IMG/VR virus record: IMGVR_UViG_3300017593_000402
Span: 1 to 64,000 of that record
Strand: one strand, 5' to 3'
Origin: a virus
DNA: 64,000 nucleotides
The translations under genes were made by a program, and so were the position numbers. Below the pieces are notes generated by a model, which had not been told where the DNA came from, searched no databases, and saw only the letters and a program-made list of their open reading frames with translations. Of this stretch, positions 1 through 8,953 are shown piece by piece; the stretch's first letter is position 1, and each line of letters starts with the position of its first letter.

Positions 1-8
1 TCTTATAC

Positions 9-42
9 AGGTGCGGTTGCGTTTGCGACCGCAACCGCACCT
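9..42. terminator. GC-rich 13-bp perfect hairpin followed by a T-run (terminator-like or origin-associated)
   Basis: AGGTGCGGTTGCG (9-21) is the exact reverse complement of CGCAACCGCACCT (30-42); TTT follows. Confidence 0.55.
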
Positions 43-124
43 TTTCGAATTAAAGAAAAAAGTTCAAGTTTCAGTTCGTTTAGGAGTTGTTCAAGTTAGC
101 TTACCTCAGAAACAGCAGTACTAG

Positions 125-160
125 GGGCACTCCTAACAGGAACTATAACTCAAGCCGCGC
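125..160 (+). repeat. 36-bp direct repeat, copy 1
   Basis: GGGCACTCCTAACAGGAACTATAACTCAAGCCGCGC is identical to 1570-1605; both copies are followed shortly by CTTGGTTCA. Confidence 0.95.
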
Positions 161-273
161 CCCGCGCCTTGGTTCATAATAAGGTAGTTGTTGATCTTAG
201 CATGAATTGTTGTTAAGTAGAATAAACTCGCTGGGTTTGAACTAAGGATTATGTATGTGCTATAGGAGATGTT

Positions 274-1131
274 ATGATGTCGTCTGACATGATTGTAAAG
301 GTTCCTAAAGATTTTTTAGATGCATTTCCAGTCACAACTTCTCGGAAAGTGATCAAAGAAGGACTCTCTGAATTCGCAGGTTGGAGTGACCTTGAGAAAG
401 TAGAGATTATGAACTCCCGCATGTTCAGTGCGTTTGACTTACAAACGTTCCTGAGCATTCTTTTTGTGTTCACACAAGAAGAGGTGCTTGATCGAGAGTG
501 GGCGACTCAAGAGGGTCACTTCATTCCTACAAAGGTAACAGTTTGTCAATGGAGTACTTTTGTGAAGCGGTATCGAAAGAGAGAGTTCTATAGCGGGCCT
601 GAGATCTTCGAGAGTATCAAGAACGTCGCAAGTATAATGTACGTTTTGTCTTGGAAGAGTAGAGTAAAAGAAATTCGAAGACTTCTCTGGCATGCTGCTT
701 TGTATTACTATGATGGTGGTAAATATAATGAGGTTGATCTCTTACGAGGTAGAGGGCGGCATACTAAAAGACTTTCGGTTGGATTCGCTGTTGATGGAGA
801 TTTTTGGGAAGCTTGTCAGAAAGGGTTTCACATCAACATCGCTCCTATTCTTGATTTATCAAATCCGATGGCTATTTTGTTAGGAGTTTGGATCCAAGGA
901 CAAAAATACACTGCTATTAGAGAAGATCGTCTTATGCGGTATGTATTTCGAGATTTACCTATACGAGCCTCCCGTAAACGTGAGAGTATTTTTAGGGCAT
1001 TTGATTTGTTAAAGCGAACGGGCCTTATTACTAATTGGCATCATGATGACGAATTTGGTTACCATAAGTACTCCTGGCAGAAACCTGAGAGGTTCACATA
1101 TAACCCGGCCTGGCGGTACCCACCTACGTAG
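274..1131 (+). CDS. Putative plasmid-type replication initiator (RepA/TrfA-like winged-helix protein)
   Basis: 285 aa, GGAG RBS; layout recalls Rep initiators (FSAFDLQTFLSIL; INIAPILDLSNPMAILLGVW; RAFDLLKRTGLITNW); lies directly upstream of iteron-like repeats. Confidence 0.55.
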   Translation: MMSSDMIVKVPKDFLDAFPVTTSRKVIKEGLSEFAGWSDLEKVEIMNSRMFSAFDLQTFLSILFVFTQEEVLDREWATQEGHFIPTKVTVCQWSTFVKRYRKREFYSGPEIFESIKNVASIMYVLSWKSRVKEIRRLLWHAALYYYDGGKYNEVDLLRGRGRHTKRLSVGFAVDGDFWEACQKGFHINIAPILDLSNPMAILLGVWIQGQKYTAIREDRLMRYVFRDLPIRASRKRESIFRAFDLLKRTGLITNWHHDDEFGYHKYSWQKPERFTYNPAWRYPPT

Positions 1132-1334
1132 TTGACATCTCTTATCGTTTAGAAAGCTTTCGATGACCTCATAGCTATGGGGTTGCTTGAACACTGGTGG
1201 GTTGAAAAAGACTTGTTGAATAGGTACCGTTACCACTGGAGGAAAGTTGAAAGGTTCAAATTTAATGAGGGGTGGTGGCACGTGAGTTAGCAAAAATGTG
1301 GGGTGTAGTGGGGAACCGGGGACCAAAATCTTAA

Positions 1335-1418
1335 TCTACGTAAAACTGGCATGCCTTTACACAAAACCGGCAGGCTTCTACGTAAAACCGGCAGGCTTCT
1401 ACGTAAAACTGGCGATTT
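1335..1418 (+). repeat. Four tandem 21-bp iteron-like repeats (putative replication origin)
   Basis: TCTACGTAAAACTGGCATGCC / TTTACACAAAACCGGCAGGCT / TCTACGTAAAACCGGCAGGCT / TCTACGTAAAACTGGCGATTT; the 21-bp period is about 2 helical turns; AT-rich tract follows at about 1436-1492. Confidence 0.8.
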
Positions 1419-1493
1419 TTGCGCAGCTAACTCGTTGAACTTTTTGGTGATTTTGAGCGTATATAATATAACAAGATTTAACAATCTTGTACA

Positions 1494-1529
1494 AAGGACG
1501 CGGCGCGTCTGCTGCGCCGCCGCGTCCTT
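1494..1529. terminator. GC-rich 12-bp hairpin followed by CTTTT
   Basis: AAGGACGCGGCG (1494-1505) pairs with CGCCGCGTCCTT (1518-1529). Confidence 0.5.
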
Positions 1530-1569
1530 CTTTTGAGAAGAAAATGAACCTGCCAACCCAGAAGGGGAT

Positions 1570-1605
1570 GGGCACTCCTAACAGGAACTATAACTCAAGC
1601 CGCGC
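1570..1605 (+). repeat. 36-bp direct repeat, copy 2
   Basis: Identical to 125-160. Confidence 0.95.
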
Positions 1606-1887
1606 GCGCCCGGCTTGGTTCAAATTGTTGAAAAAGAGGCTAGTGTGTGTTAGTTGTTGGAGAAGTCTCTATAGTTGGGAAACCTGCGTACTTCCATCGC
1701 GAAATTTTCGCGAATTTGTGCAGAATCGCGCGTACCTTCAGCACTTAAATCGTGGGTACCTATCTAGGCTATATCAAACTATTGCTTAGGTATGTACCTG
1801 CGTAAAATTCGCGTAAAATAAGCGCATCTGAGCGTCTATTTTGTGAGGTCTCAGCTTTAGTAAGTACAGAAAAAAGGAGGTCCATTT

Positions 1888-2586
1888 ATGACTTGTAAGT
1901 TTTCCTTCGAAGTTCCTTTGAAAAGCCTTGAGCTTCAAGTTGAGTTTAGTGATTATATCTTCGCTATAGCTCCTTGGTTTGAAAATGAGACTTACCGTAA
2001 CTTCGTACACGAACACCGTTCTCAACTCCCTCTCTATCTGGACAACGGTGCTTATGAACAAGGAGCTTCTATTGACATTAAGAAGTACATAGAGCTCATC
2101 CAAACGTTACGCCCAGACGTAGTGGTTGCACCAGATGTGTATAGTGATAGTAAGGGTACCATTAAACTCACTCGTCAGTTTTTCAAACACTCACTTCCTG
2201 CGGATACTAAAGTTATGATTGTACCTCAAGGACACAGCATCATCGAGTGGACACGGTGTTTACGTATCCTTTATTCTGAGTTTGAGAACCGTTTTCATTT
2301 GGTTGGTATACCTCGAGTGATGTATCCTAACAGATTATTTCTGTCAGTTTATTCATTTAAGTTGACTTCTAAACCAGTTCACATTTTAGGGTGTCCTGAC
2401 CCTAGTGAGCTACCCGAAATTTTTGATTCGGGAGTACCTATTGAGTCATTGGATACTTCTTATCCAACACGTAAAGCGTTAGGAAAGGTAGGTCTGGATG
2501 ATCGGATCGATTTTTTTAATGATAGAGTTTCTTTTAAATCGATGCAGAAGGCAGTAGAAGAATTTTTTCAATTGATTCAAACTTGA
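1888..2586 (+). CDS. dpdA: TGT-fold DNA transglycosylase (DpdA-like, 7-deazaguanine insertion)
   Basis: Motifs YLDNGAYE, VVAPDV, IVPQG, VHILG, SLDTS; AAGGAGG RBS; directly upstream of queC. Confidence 0.7.
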   Translation: MTCKFSFEVPLKSLELQVEFSDYIFAIAPWFENETYRNFVHEHRSQLPLYLDNGAYEQGASIDIKKYIELIQTLRPDVVVAPDVYSDSKGTIKLTRQFFKHSLPADTKVMIVPQGHSIIEWTRCLRILYSEFENRFHLVGIPRVMYPNRLFLSVYSFKLTSKPVHILGCPDPSELPEIFDSGVPIESLDTSYPTRKALGKVGLDDRIDFFNDRVSFKSMQKAVEEFFQLIQT

Positions 2587-2615
2587 GCTCGTTTCCTTAG
2601 AAAGGAGGTTGTTAG

Positions 2616-3380
2616 ATGGAATGGACGATTTGTGAACGGCCTGCGGAAGTTTATGATATTGAACCAACGCAAAGAAGTGCTGTTGTGTTATCTTCTGGCG
2701 GCCTTGATTCTTCGAGTTTAATCTCGATGTTACTCAACCTAGGTTGGGACCTTACTTTGATTCACTTTGATTATGGTTCTACTCATCATGAAGCTGAATA
2801 TCACGCCTTCCTCCGGTTGGTTGAGCATTTTGGAATTGAGAAAGAGAGGGTTTATGTAGTTGATCTTTCGTCTCTGAAGCGATTGGTTTCTAAAGGAGTT
2901 GCGTTATTAGACGATCAAGTAGATGTACCAGAAGGGTACTATACCGAAGAAAGTATGCGTCAGACTGTAGTTCCTGGAAGGAATACGGTAATGATCTCCT
3001 ACGGACTCGCCCTTGCGGAGTCCTTAGGGAAGAAGTTCGTTGCTATCGCAGCTCATGAAGGTGACCATTTTATTTATCCTGATTGCAGAATTGACTACCT
3101 GAGGTATATGTCACAAACAATTTTTCTTGCTTCTGATAGGAAGGTAAAGTTATTAGCTCCTTTTGCCCATCTTGCGAAATGGGAAGTTGTTTCTGTCGGG
3201 AATAGATTTAATTGTCCGTTTGAGTTAACGTGGTCCTGTTATAAAGGGGAGCCACCAAAACATTGTGGCACCTGCGGTACTTGTGTTGAACGTGCTGAAG
3301 CTTTTCAGAAAGCAGGAGTTGAGGATCCTACTATCTACGATAAAGATCCTTGCTCTTTTCTTCGGAACAAGGAGGATTGA
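2616..3380 (+). CDS. queC: 7-cyano-7-deazaguanine (preQ0) synthase
   Basis: SGGLDS PP-loop, VPGRN, YPDCR, TWSCY, HCGTCGTCVER zinc site. Confidence 0.95.
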   Translation: MEWTICERPAEVYDIEPTQRSAVVLSSGGLDSSSLISMLLNLGWDLTLIHFDYGSTHHEAEYHAFLRLVEHFGIEKERVYVVDLSSLKRLVSKGVALLDDQVDVPEGYYTEESMRQTVVPGRNTVMISYGLALAESLGKKFVAIAAHEGDHFIYPDCRIDYLRYMSQTIFLASDRKVKLLAPFAHLAKWEVVSVGNRFNCPFELTWSCYKGEPPKHCGTCGTCVERAEAFQKAGVEDPTIYDKDPCSFLRNKED

Positions 3381-3382
3381 GG

Positions 3383-3544
3383 ATGATTGAGGTTCTTAAA
3401 CTAAAGCGTAAGGACAAACCTTGTGAGGTACCCGGTATGTTCGATTCTGTGTTAACGTTAGTTGTTAAGGGAAGTCGTTTTGAGGTATTGTGTTTAGAGA
3501 GAGCGATTTTTAAAGCACTACAAAAGTTAACCAAGAAGGTTTAA
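3383..3544 (+). CDS. Small hypothetical protein
   Basis: ATG 3383 with GGAGG upstream; fills the gap in the operon. Confidence 0.5.
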   Translation: MIEVLKLKRKDKPCEVPGMFDSVLTLVVKGSRFEVLCLERAIFKALQKLTKKV

Positions 3545-3563
3545 TTTTACCTAGGAGGCTCCC

Positions 3564-3830
3564 ATGCAAATTACAGTTTGTGATGTTTGCGGTACGCAAA
3601 AGGACGTGCAACGAGTTAGTTTTTCATATGACCGCCGTGCCGATGCTGCTGGATCCGTGGAAGATGTATATGAAACTTTTGATTTGTGTTGTAAATGTTA
3701 CCTGAAAGCTTTGAAAGCCGCCGTTAAGGAGGAGATCAGAAGGAAGCACCTTAACGAGTACTTGTTCAATAAGAATTTGATTGAGATCATTAGGATTCGA
3801 CAGGAAACTTCAGCTAAGAAATGGGAATAG
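3564..3830 (+). CDS. Zinc-binding hypothetical protein
   Basis: CDVC...CCKC; AGGAGG RBS. Confidence 0.7.
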   Translation: MQITVCDVCGTQKDVQRVSFSYDRRADAAGSVEDVYETFDLCCKCYLKALKAAVKEEIRRKHLNEYLFNKNLIEIIRIRQETSAKKWE

Positions 3831-3839
3831 GAGGTACAC

Positions 3840-4061
3840 ATGGCATTATTGGAGAATGTTCGTCATCCTAAACACTACACTCGTGGTAAGATTGAGGTAA
3901 TTGATTTTATTGAAGATCAAGGATTTGATTTCCTTGAGGGGAATGTAGTAAAATATCTTGCTAGGTATAAATGGAAAGGTGCTCCTTTAGAGGACCTAAA
4001 AAAGGCAGAGTTCTACCTTGAGCGCTTGATTAAGCGGGAAGAAGCGCGTCGTAGAGGTTGA
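3840..4061 (+). CDS. DUF3310 / T7 gp1.7-like nucleotide kinase family protein
   Basis: HPKHY...IEVIDFI...GNVVKYLARY..K...EDLKKAEFYL signature. Confidence 0.85.
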   Translation: MALLENVRHPKHYTRGKIEVIDFIEDQGFDFLEGNVVKYLARYKWKGAPLEDLKKAEFYLERLIKREEARRRG

Positions 4062-4081
4062 TCCTCCTCCTTTCCCCGGCC

Positions 4082-4137
4082 GCCGCCCACGGGTAAAGTA
4101 GCGCCTTAATTAGAGGTTGCGAAGGGCGGCTTTTTTC
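4082..4137 (+). terminator. Probable intrinsic terminator with a long structured loop
   Basis: GCCGCCC...GGGCGGC stem followed by TTTTTT. Confidence 0.5.
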
Positions 4138-4144
4138 TCGTGCT

Positions 4145-4393
4145 ATGCCAGCAACTAGAGATGTAGTTTTTTGTCCTAGGTGTGGTTATATAGTTGAGAA
4201 GTTTCCTACTTACCGATTAATCGGGTGGTATCGATTAACATATAGTATTTGCCCTTTCTGTCACTATTTTGGTAAGTTGAGAATTGGTAAAACGTGCTTT
4301 GACTTGTCTCACTTGTTTGAGTTTGTTTTCCTTCCACCGTCGTCCATTTTACGAAGAGTCCATCGTCGACTTTGTGGTACCGGAACCCTTTGA
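4145..4393 (+). CDS. Zinc-ribbon hypothetical protein
   Basis: CPRC...CPFC; weak RBS. Confidence 0.45.
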   Translation: MPATRDVVFCPRCGYIVEKFPTYRLIGWYRLTYSICPFCHYFGKLRIGKTCFDLSHLFEFVFLPPSSILRRVHRRLCGTGTL

Positions 4394-4481
4394 AACCTTT
4401 AGGAAAAATTTAGTTTTGCTCTTGCCCTTCTTTGCAGTTACTATGATAATGACTTCGTTAGCCTTGCGCAGGAGTGCTTAA

Positions 4482-5096
4482 ATGAATTTTAAACGCATAG
4501 CTCGTGTTAACGAAGAACTCGTTCAAGGCTTAGAGAATTTTTCCCTAGAGCGGCTGTTCTTCTCAGTTGGGTATAGTAACATTGTTGGTCTTTACACAGA
4601 TGGGAAGGAAGCAGCTTTTGGGCCTCTTGTTACTTGTGGCGTAGTAATTGATGTGCACCATACTCCCACAGCTTCTAAAGCGCCTTCCACCTTACGACAA
4701 ATGGTGACCCCTATAGTTGATACTGTAGCTGGAGATGAGATCAATCGTATTGGTAATGTAGATGAAGCTATTCGTAGATCAAAGTTAAGAGTAGTCGAGC
4801 AGTTGGTACAAGAGTATCCTTCCTTGATCGTTGTTTCGGATCCTCTAATTCCTGAATTACCCGCTGATTGCTTCCCCATACTTCGCGGTAGTATGTATGT
4901 TTACGTTCTTCGACTGGCTATGATATTGGCAAAGGAATTGCGTAAAGAAGCATTACTCTCATTGTTAAACGAGAACCCTGGGTGGCAAGTTTACGATTTA
5001 ACGTCAAATTTGGGGTTTCTCTCGAAGAAACATCGAGAAGCACTTCTTGAGTACGGAAGAACCCCCCAACATAGGTACTACGTAAAGGTTAGATAG
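4482..5096 (+). CDS. Ribonuclease HII-like protein with a divergent active site
   Basis: GPLVTCGV, ILAKELR, NLGFLSKKHREALLEYGRTPQHR are collinear with RNase HII; the canonical DEAGRG reads DGKEAA. Confidence 0.7.
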   Translation: MNFKRIARVNEELVQGLENFSLERLFFSVGYSNIVGLYTDGKEAAFGPLVTCGVVIDVHHTPTASKAPSTLRQMVTPIVDTVAGDEINRIGNVDEAIRRSKLRVVEQLVQEYPSLIVVSDPLIPELPADCFPILRGSMYVYVLRLAMILAKELRKEALLSLLNENPGWQVYDLTSNLGFLSKKHREALLEYGRTPQHRYYVKVR

Positions 5097-5097
5097 T

Positions 5098-5571
5098 ATG
5101 CGCGATAGAGTTGAGAATGCATTAGTTCAGCTACGTGAAAAAGTTTACTCTTTACTCAGTGTTGTTAGTAGCCCTCCGTCTGAGAACATAGTTGCTAAGC
5201 AGAATATGGACTTACAACTGTCTCCTGGACTACGTAAGGGGGGCGTTAATATCTTCCAATTTCAAAACGCTGTAATTGACAATAAGGTTGTAAACGTAGT
5301 TGTGGAGATTTTGCGGGATATTGATAGACTACGTGATATAGTACCTATAGAGTCGAGTATCGATTCGTACTTTGATAGTTTGATTGAAGAAGGTGTTACT
5401 TGGCGTGAGTTTGTTAAGAGAATGCAACGAGAGTTCATTCAAGCTTATCTACGAAAAGGGTTAACCATTACAGAGATAGCCAGAAGGTTAGGTATTCAGA
5501 GGACTTACCTCTCCCGAGTATTGACTGAGCTCGGTTTACGAGACGATATCCAACTAATTCGAAGGAGGTAG
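5098..5571 (+). CDS. Fis-type helix-turn-helix protein
   Basis: C-terminal REFIQAYL...ITEIARRLGIQRTYLSRVLTELGL. Confidence 0.7.
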   Translation: MRDRVENALVQLREKVYSLLSVVSSPPSENIVAKQNMDLQLSPGLRKGGVNIFQFQNAVIDNKVVNVVVEILRDIDRLRDIVPIESSIDSYFDSLIEEGVTWREFVKRMQREFIQAYLRKGLTITEIARRLGIQRTYLSRVLTELGLRDDIQLIRRR

Positions 5572-5574
5572 TGA

Positions 5575-7608
5575 ATGACGGACGTAATTACTGACTGGGA
5601 TGACTTCGAGCGTGCTCTAATTTATCAAAGATATTCTATTCGTCATCCAAAGACTTCCGAACGTTTGGAGAAGACTTATGAAGATATAATTGATAGAATT
5701 ACTAATTTCATCCTCTCGCGTAAGTACCCTGTCTCGAACGACCTATTATCAGAAGCGTTACAAATGGCACGTAATAGGAAGTTCACGTTTGCAACCCCCG
5801 TTTTAATGAATCTAGGTAACCCTTATACAAGAAGAGGCGGATTTTATTCTTGTTTCCCGTTAGGACCTATTCCCGATTCAACTAAGGACATCCTGCGTTA
5901 TATTGAAGCTTGCGCTAGCATCTTTCAGTATGCTGGTGGTGTTGGGTTAGACTTCTCTTCTCTGCGCCCAGAAGGAAGTGCTGTTGATCAAGCACAGGGA
6001 GTGAGTTCAGGCCCTGTTGGTTTCGTTCCTATGTTTGAAGCTACTTCAAAGAGTATTGCCGCAGGCGGTAAAAGACGAGGGGCAATGCTAGGTCAGCTTG
6101 ATTACAACCACCCAGACATTTTTAAGTATGTTCGGCTTAAGAGAGATCGGCGTGATTTATGGTCAATCAATATTTCTGTGAATGCCTTTGGCGATTTTTG
6201 GGAGCAGCGTGATCTGATTAAGGAGATCGCGTTAGGGATGTGGACTTCTGGTGACCCCGGGTTACTCTTCCCCGACGTACTTGCCGAGCATTCACCTTAT
6301 CCTCCTAAGCTCAAACCTCTTGTACGTTACGTGAATCCTTGTGCCGAGTATGCTTCACCTCCCTTCAGTGTTTGCCATCTTTTAACAGGTAACGCCCTTT
6401 CTGCAGAGTCAGTCTCGGATTTTGAGGCGTTGGGTTATTACATGACTCATATTGGGAACGCAATTTTGTATTTAACCTTGAAGCACAATATGGGCTTACC
6501 TAAGGAGCCAAAGTGGCTTTATCATAAGCTCCGAGAGCGAGTTGACCAGATTCACCCTGTTGGTATTGGTCTAACAGGAGTTGCAGAGTACCTCTTTAAG
6601 AAAGGATACAAGTACACTGATGTCGACAGAATTTCCGAGATGTACACCGCTCTTGCCCGCGGTTCACTTATTGCGTCGAATGAGTGGGCCCTCTCGACTA
6701 AAGTTGAGAAGGAGTGGGACCCGACGTACAAAGATGAACATCTTTCACTTGTTGGTTACACTAAGAGGAGCAGGAAATTTTGGAACACGACTACTCTATC
6801 TCAAGCGCCTACTGGTTCAGTATCTCAGTTCCTACGCTGTGTGTCTACGGGATTAGAGCCTCTTGAATCTTTTCAGGTTAAAAGGCAATTTCTTAATAGT
6901 GAAAATGAATTTCAGACCGTTATTCTTAAGTCTTCAGTGACTCCCTCCAATCCTACTACGCTACCTTTTATACCCCCTGAAGAGCAGATAAAGGTTGTTT
7001 CTACCGTTCAACAAATAAGTCATACATCAGCGAGTAAGACCATCAACGTCCCGAAGGAAACTACTGTTGAAGAGATAGAAGAGATTATCTACACAGCGCG
7101 AAAATATCGTCTTAAGGGGTTAACTGTGTACCGTAGAGGTTGTGCTTTGGAATCGATTGTTGAAGCAGACGAACCTGAAAGGGACGTGCTGATCGGACAA
7201 ACTTACAAGTTTAAAGGCCTGAATAATATCTACATCACGGTTAATAGATCAACATCTGGGAAGCCCATTGAGGTATTTGTGTCTACCGGTAAGAGTGGGA
7301 ATGTTGTTAATGGACTAGCTATGGGTTTAGGGAGACTTGTTTCTCTTGCTCTTAGGTCAGGAACCCGCCCTGAAGTGATTATGAAGTCTTTATCAGGTAT
7401 TGAAACAGGAGACTTCTATGTGAACAGTCGTGTTGGCCGTGTTACCTCAATCTGTGACGCCGTCGCTAAGGCTCTTAGTGATACTTTACAATCAAGTGGG
7501 AAGGTAGAAGAACTATTTGACTTATGTCCTAAGTGTCAGAATTACACTCTGACACGTAACGGACAAGGTTGTAAGAGTTGTTCTAGATGCGGTTATTCAA
7601 CTTGTTGA
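5575..7608 (+). CDS. nrdJ: Class II (B12-dependent) ribonucleotide reductase with C-terminal TSCPD/zinc ribbon
   Basis: SCF, GGVGLDFSSLRP, GGKRRGAM, NPCAEY, APTGS, SKTINVP, KGLTVYR; C-terminal CPKC...CSRCGYSTC; no nrdB in the window. Confidence 0.88.
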   Translation: MTDVITDWDDFERALIYQRYSIRHPKTSERLEKTYEDIIDRITNFILSRKYPVSNDLLSEALQMARNRKFTFATPVLMNLGNPYTRRGGFYSCFPLGPIPDSTKDILRYIEACASIFQYAGGVGLDFSSLRPEGSAVDQAQGVSSGPVGFVPMFEATSKSIAAGGKRRGAMLGQLDYNHPDIFKYVRLKRDRRDLWSINISVNAFGDFWEQRDLIKEIALGMWTSGDPGLLFPDVLAEHSPYPPKLKPLVRYVNPCAEYASPPFSVCHLLTGNALSAESVSDFEALGYYMTHIGNAILYLTLKHNMGLPKEPKWLYHKLRERVDQIHPVGIGLTGVAEYLFKKGYKYTDVDRISEMYTALARGSLIASNEWALSTKVEKEWDPTYKDEHLSLVGYTKRSRKFWNTTTLSQAPTGSVSQFLRCVSTGLEPLESFQVKRQFLNSENEFQTVILKSSVTPSNPTTLPFIPPEEQIKVVSTVQQISHTSASKTINVPKETTVEEIEEIIYTARKYRLKGLTVYRRGCALESIVEADEPERDVLIGQTYKFKGLNNIYITVNRSTSGKPIEVFVSTGKSGNVVNGLAMGLGRLVSLALRSGTRPEVIMKSLSGIETGDFYVNSRVGRVTSICDAVAKALSDTLQSSGKVEELFDLCPKCQNYTLTRNGQGCKSCSRCGYSTC

Positions 7609-7621
7609 CTATGTAAGGAGG

Positions 7622-8218
7622 TTGTTTATGATTCGTCTGTTGAGTAAGGAGGATGTTAAGGAAGAGTTTAGGGACCACGTTTCTCGGTTAGTTCGGTGTC
7701 CCGTTTTGAAACGAAACCACACTGCTTTGATGTGTTTCGCGTGCTCACGTAGGGCAACTTGTGAGGTTGCTAAAGAGGTTGGGATCGCCGATTTGGATGT
7801 TGATGATGTAGTGTACGATAGCGCTTTTTTCAAGAAAGCAACACTTTCTCGTAAACTCGAACTTGACACGTTAATCCCTGATAAGAGGAAAAAAGAGAAG
7901 AAGGAAGGGCAGAAGACCAGGAAAAAAGCTGATAAAAGCTCTCAACCTACTTCTGCGGAGAAAAAAGTTGACATTTCTAAAGATAAAGTTGAACATAACA
8001 GTAACTCTTTGTCGGATGAAAAAGGTAAGGTTAAAGGAGGTAATGCTATGAGAGGTAATAAGAAGAAAGAGATTTTGGAGTATTTGAAGGCACATCCTAA
8101 CGCGAAAGCAGGAGAGATACGAAAGGCCTGCGGCGTTTCCCATGTGTATGCGACCAAAGTATTGCAACAAGTACGTCAGAATCAACCACAAGACACTGAA
8201 AACCCTCCTCAAGGTTGA
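7622..8218 (+). CDS. Hypothetical protein with Cys-rich N-terminus, Lys-rich linker and C-terminal HTH
   Basis: AGGAGG RBS; EILEYLKAHPNAKAGEIRKACGVSHVYATKVL; in-frame internal start at 8048. Confidence 0.65.
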   Translation: MFMIRLLSKEDVKEEFRDHVSRLVRCPVLKRNHTALMCFACSRRATCEVAKEVGIADLDVDDVVYDSAFFKKATLSRKLELDTLIPDKRKKEKKEGQKTRKKADKSSQPTSAEKKVDISKDKVEHNSNSLSDEKGKVKGGNAMRGNKKKEILEYLKAHPNAKAGEIRKACGVSHVYATKVLQQVRQNQPQDTENPPQG

Positions 8219-8325
8219 TCGAGCAGTTTTTAAAGACGTTGACTTCGAAGAAACGGAGTAGGGGGTACTCTTTTGAAGTGGTCTTTGAAGAAGGAAGTAT
8301 TGTAGTGAGGAGGAGAAGACGGTGA
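8215..8325 (+). CDS. Possible 36-aa basic peptide absent from the ORF track
   Basis: TTG overlaps the upstream stop (TTGA) and its stop overlaps the next start (GTGA); MIEQFLKTLTSKKRSRGYSFEVVFEEGSIVVRRRRR. Confidence 0.35.
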   Translation: MIEQFLKTLTSKKRSRGYSFEVVFEEGSIVVRRRRR

Positions 8326-8939
8326 CAGAGCTTGATTTCCCTGATCTCAGTAAGGACCCGCCGTGCTTCTCCTCAGCCCAGCCTTGTACTAAGACTAATT
8401 GCTATTACTGGGAGCGTACTACTCCTGAGTACGGTAATTGTACAATCCGCGTCGCTAATCAAGGTCCACACAAGCTAGAGGAACTGGCCGAAATTCTCAA
8501 TCTCTCACGCGAACGAGTTCGACAGATCGAAGCTGTTGCTCTCCGTCACCTGGCGTGGGTTGCAACCAAACGTGGCTTAACTGAGAGGGTTATAAATATC
8601 ACTACGTCCACGTTAGGCAACGTTTGTTCATGGCCTCTACGCCCGTTTGATGTGATGGAATATCGTCGTAAAAGAGATCCTTCTGAGTTAGAGTTGATCG
8701 ACAAAGCTTTTTATTTAGGCGTTTTTTCTCACTTTCTTAAGAAGTCAGTGGTTCTACCTGTTGCTGAGTGCTGGGTTCTTGATAAAGTGGTAAGCGGGTT
8801 TGTTTGCTTATTGTGCCCAGAAAGACCTTATTGCCCCAGTACTTCCTTAGGCTCTTCTTCTCCTGAAGAGTATTTAACTGTTACTTCGTTTTCTGAGATG
8901 ATGAAGGAGATTAAGAAGGAGTTAGGGATAATTGCTTAG
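8322..8939 (+). CDS. Sigma70 region-4-like HTH protein with Cys clusters
   Basis: LEELAEILNLSRERVRQIEAVALRHL. Confidence 0.75.
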   Translation: MTELDFPDLSKDPPCFSSAQPCTKTNCYYWERTTPEYGNCTIRVANQGPHKLEELAEILNLSRERVRQIEAVALRHLAWVATKRGLTERVINITTSTLGNVCSWPLRPFDVMEYRRKRDPSELELIDKAFYLGVFSHFLKKSVVLPVAECWVLDKVVSGFVCLLCPERPYCPSTSLGSSSPEEYLTVTSFSEMMKEIKKELGIIA

Positions 8940-8953
8940 TCAGAAGGAGGTCA

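Noticed and set aside
61-100. AGTT-rich intergenic tracts (also near 26378, 49006 and 55645) as a regulatory motif
   Set aside because: No fixed consensus or spacing; could arise from the general G/T strand bias
1132-1160. TTGACA promoter after the rep-like gene
   Set aside because: No acceptable -10 hexamer at 16-18 bp spacing
1335-1418. CRISPR array
   Set aside because: The repeats are directly tandem with no unique spacers and there are no cas genes; they fit iterons better
1287-1789. ORFs 1287-1556(-), 1351-1536(+) and 1487-1789(+)
   Set aside because: They are translations of the repeat/hairpin region (periodic LRKTG or PVLRRS) with no RBS; probably non-coding origin DNA
4062-4140. 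preQ1 riboswitch or tRNA near the que genes
   Set aside because: No preQ1 stem with A-rich tail and no cloverleaf or T-loop; only a terminator-like stem is supported
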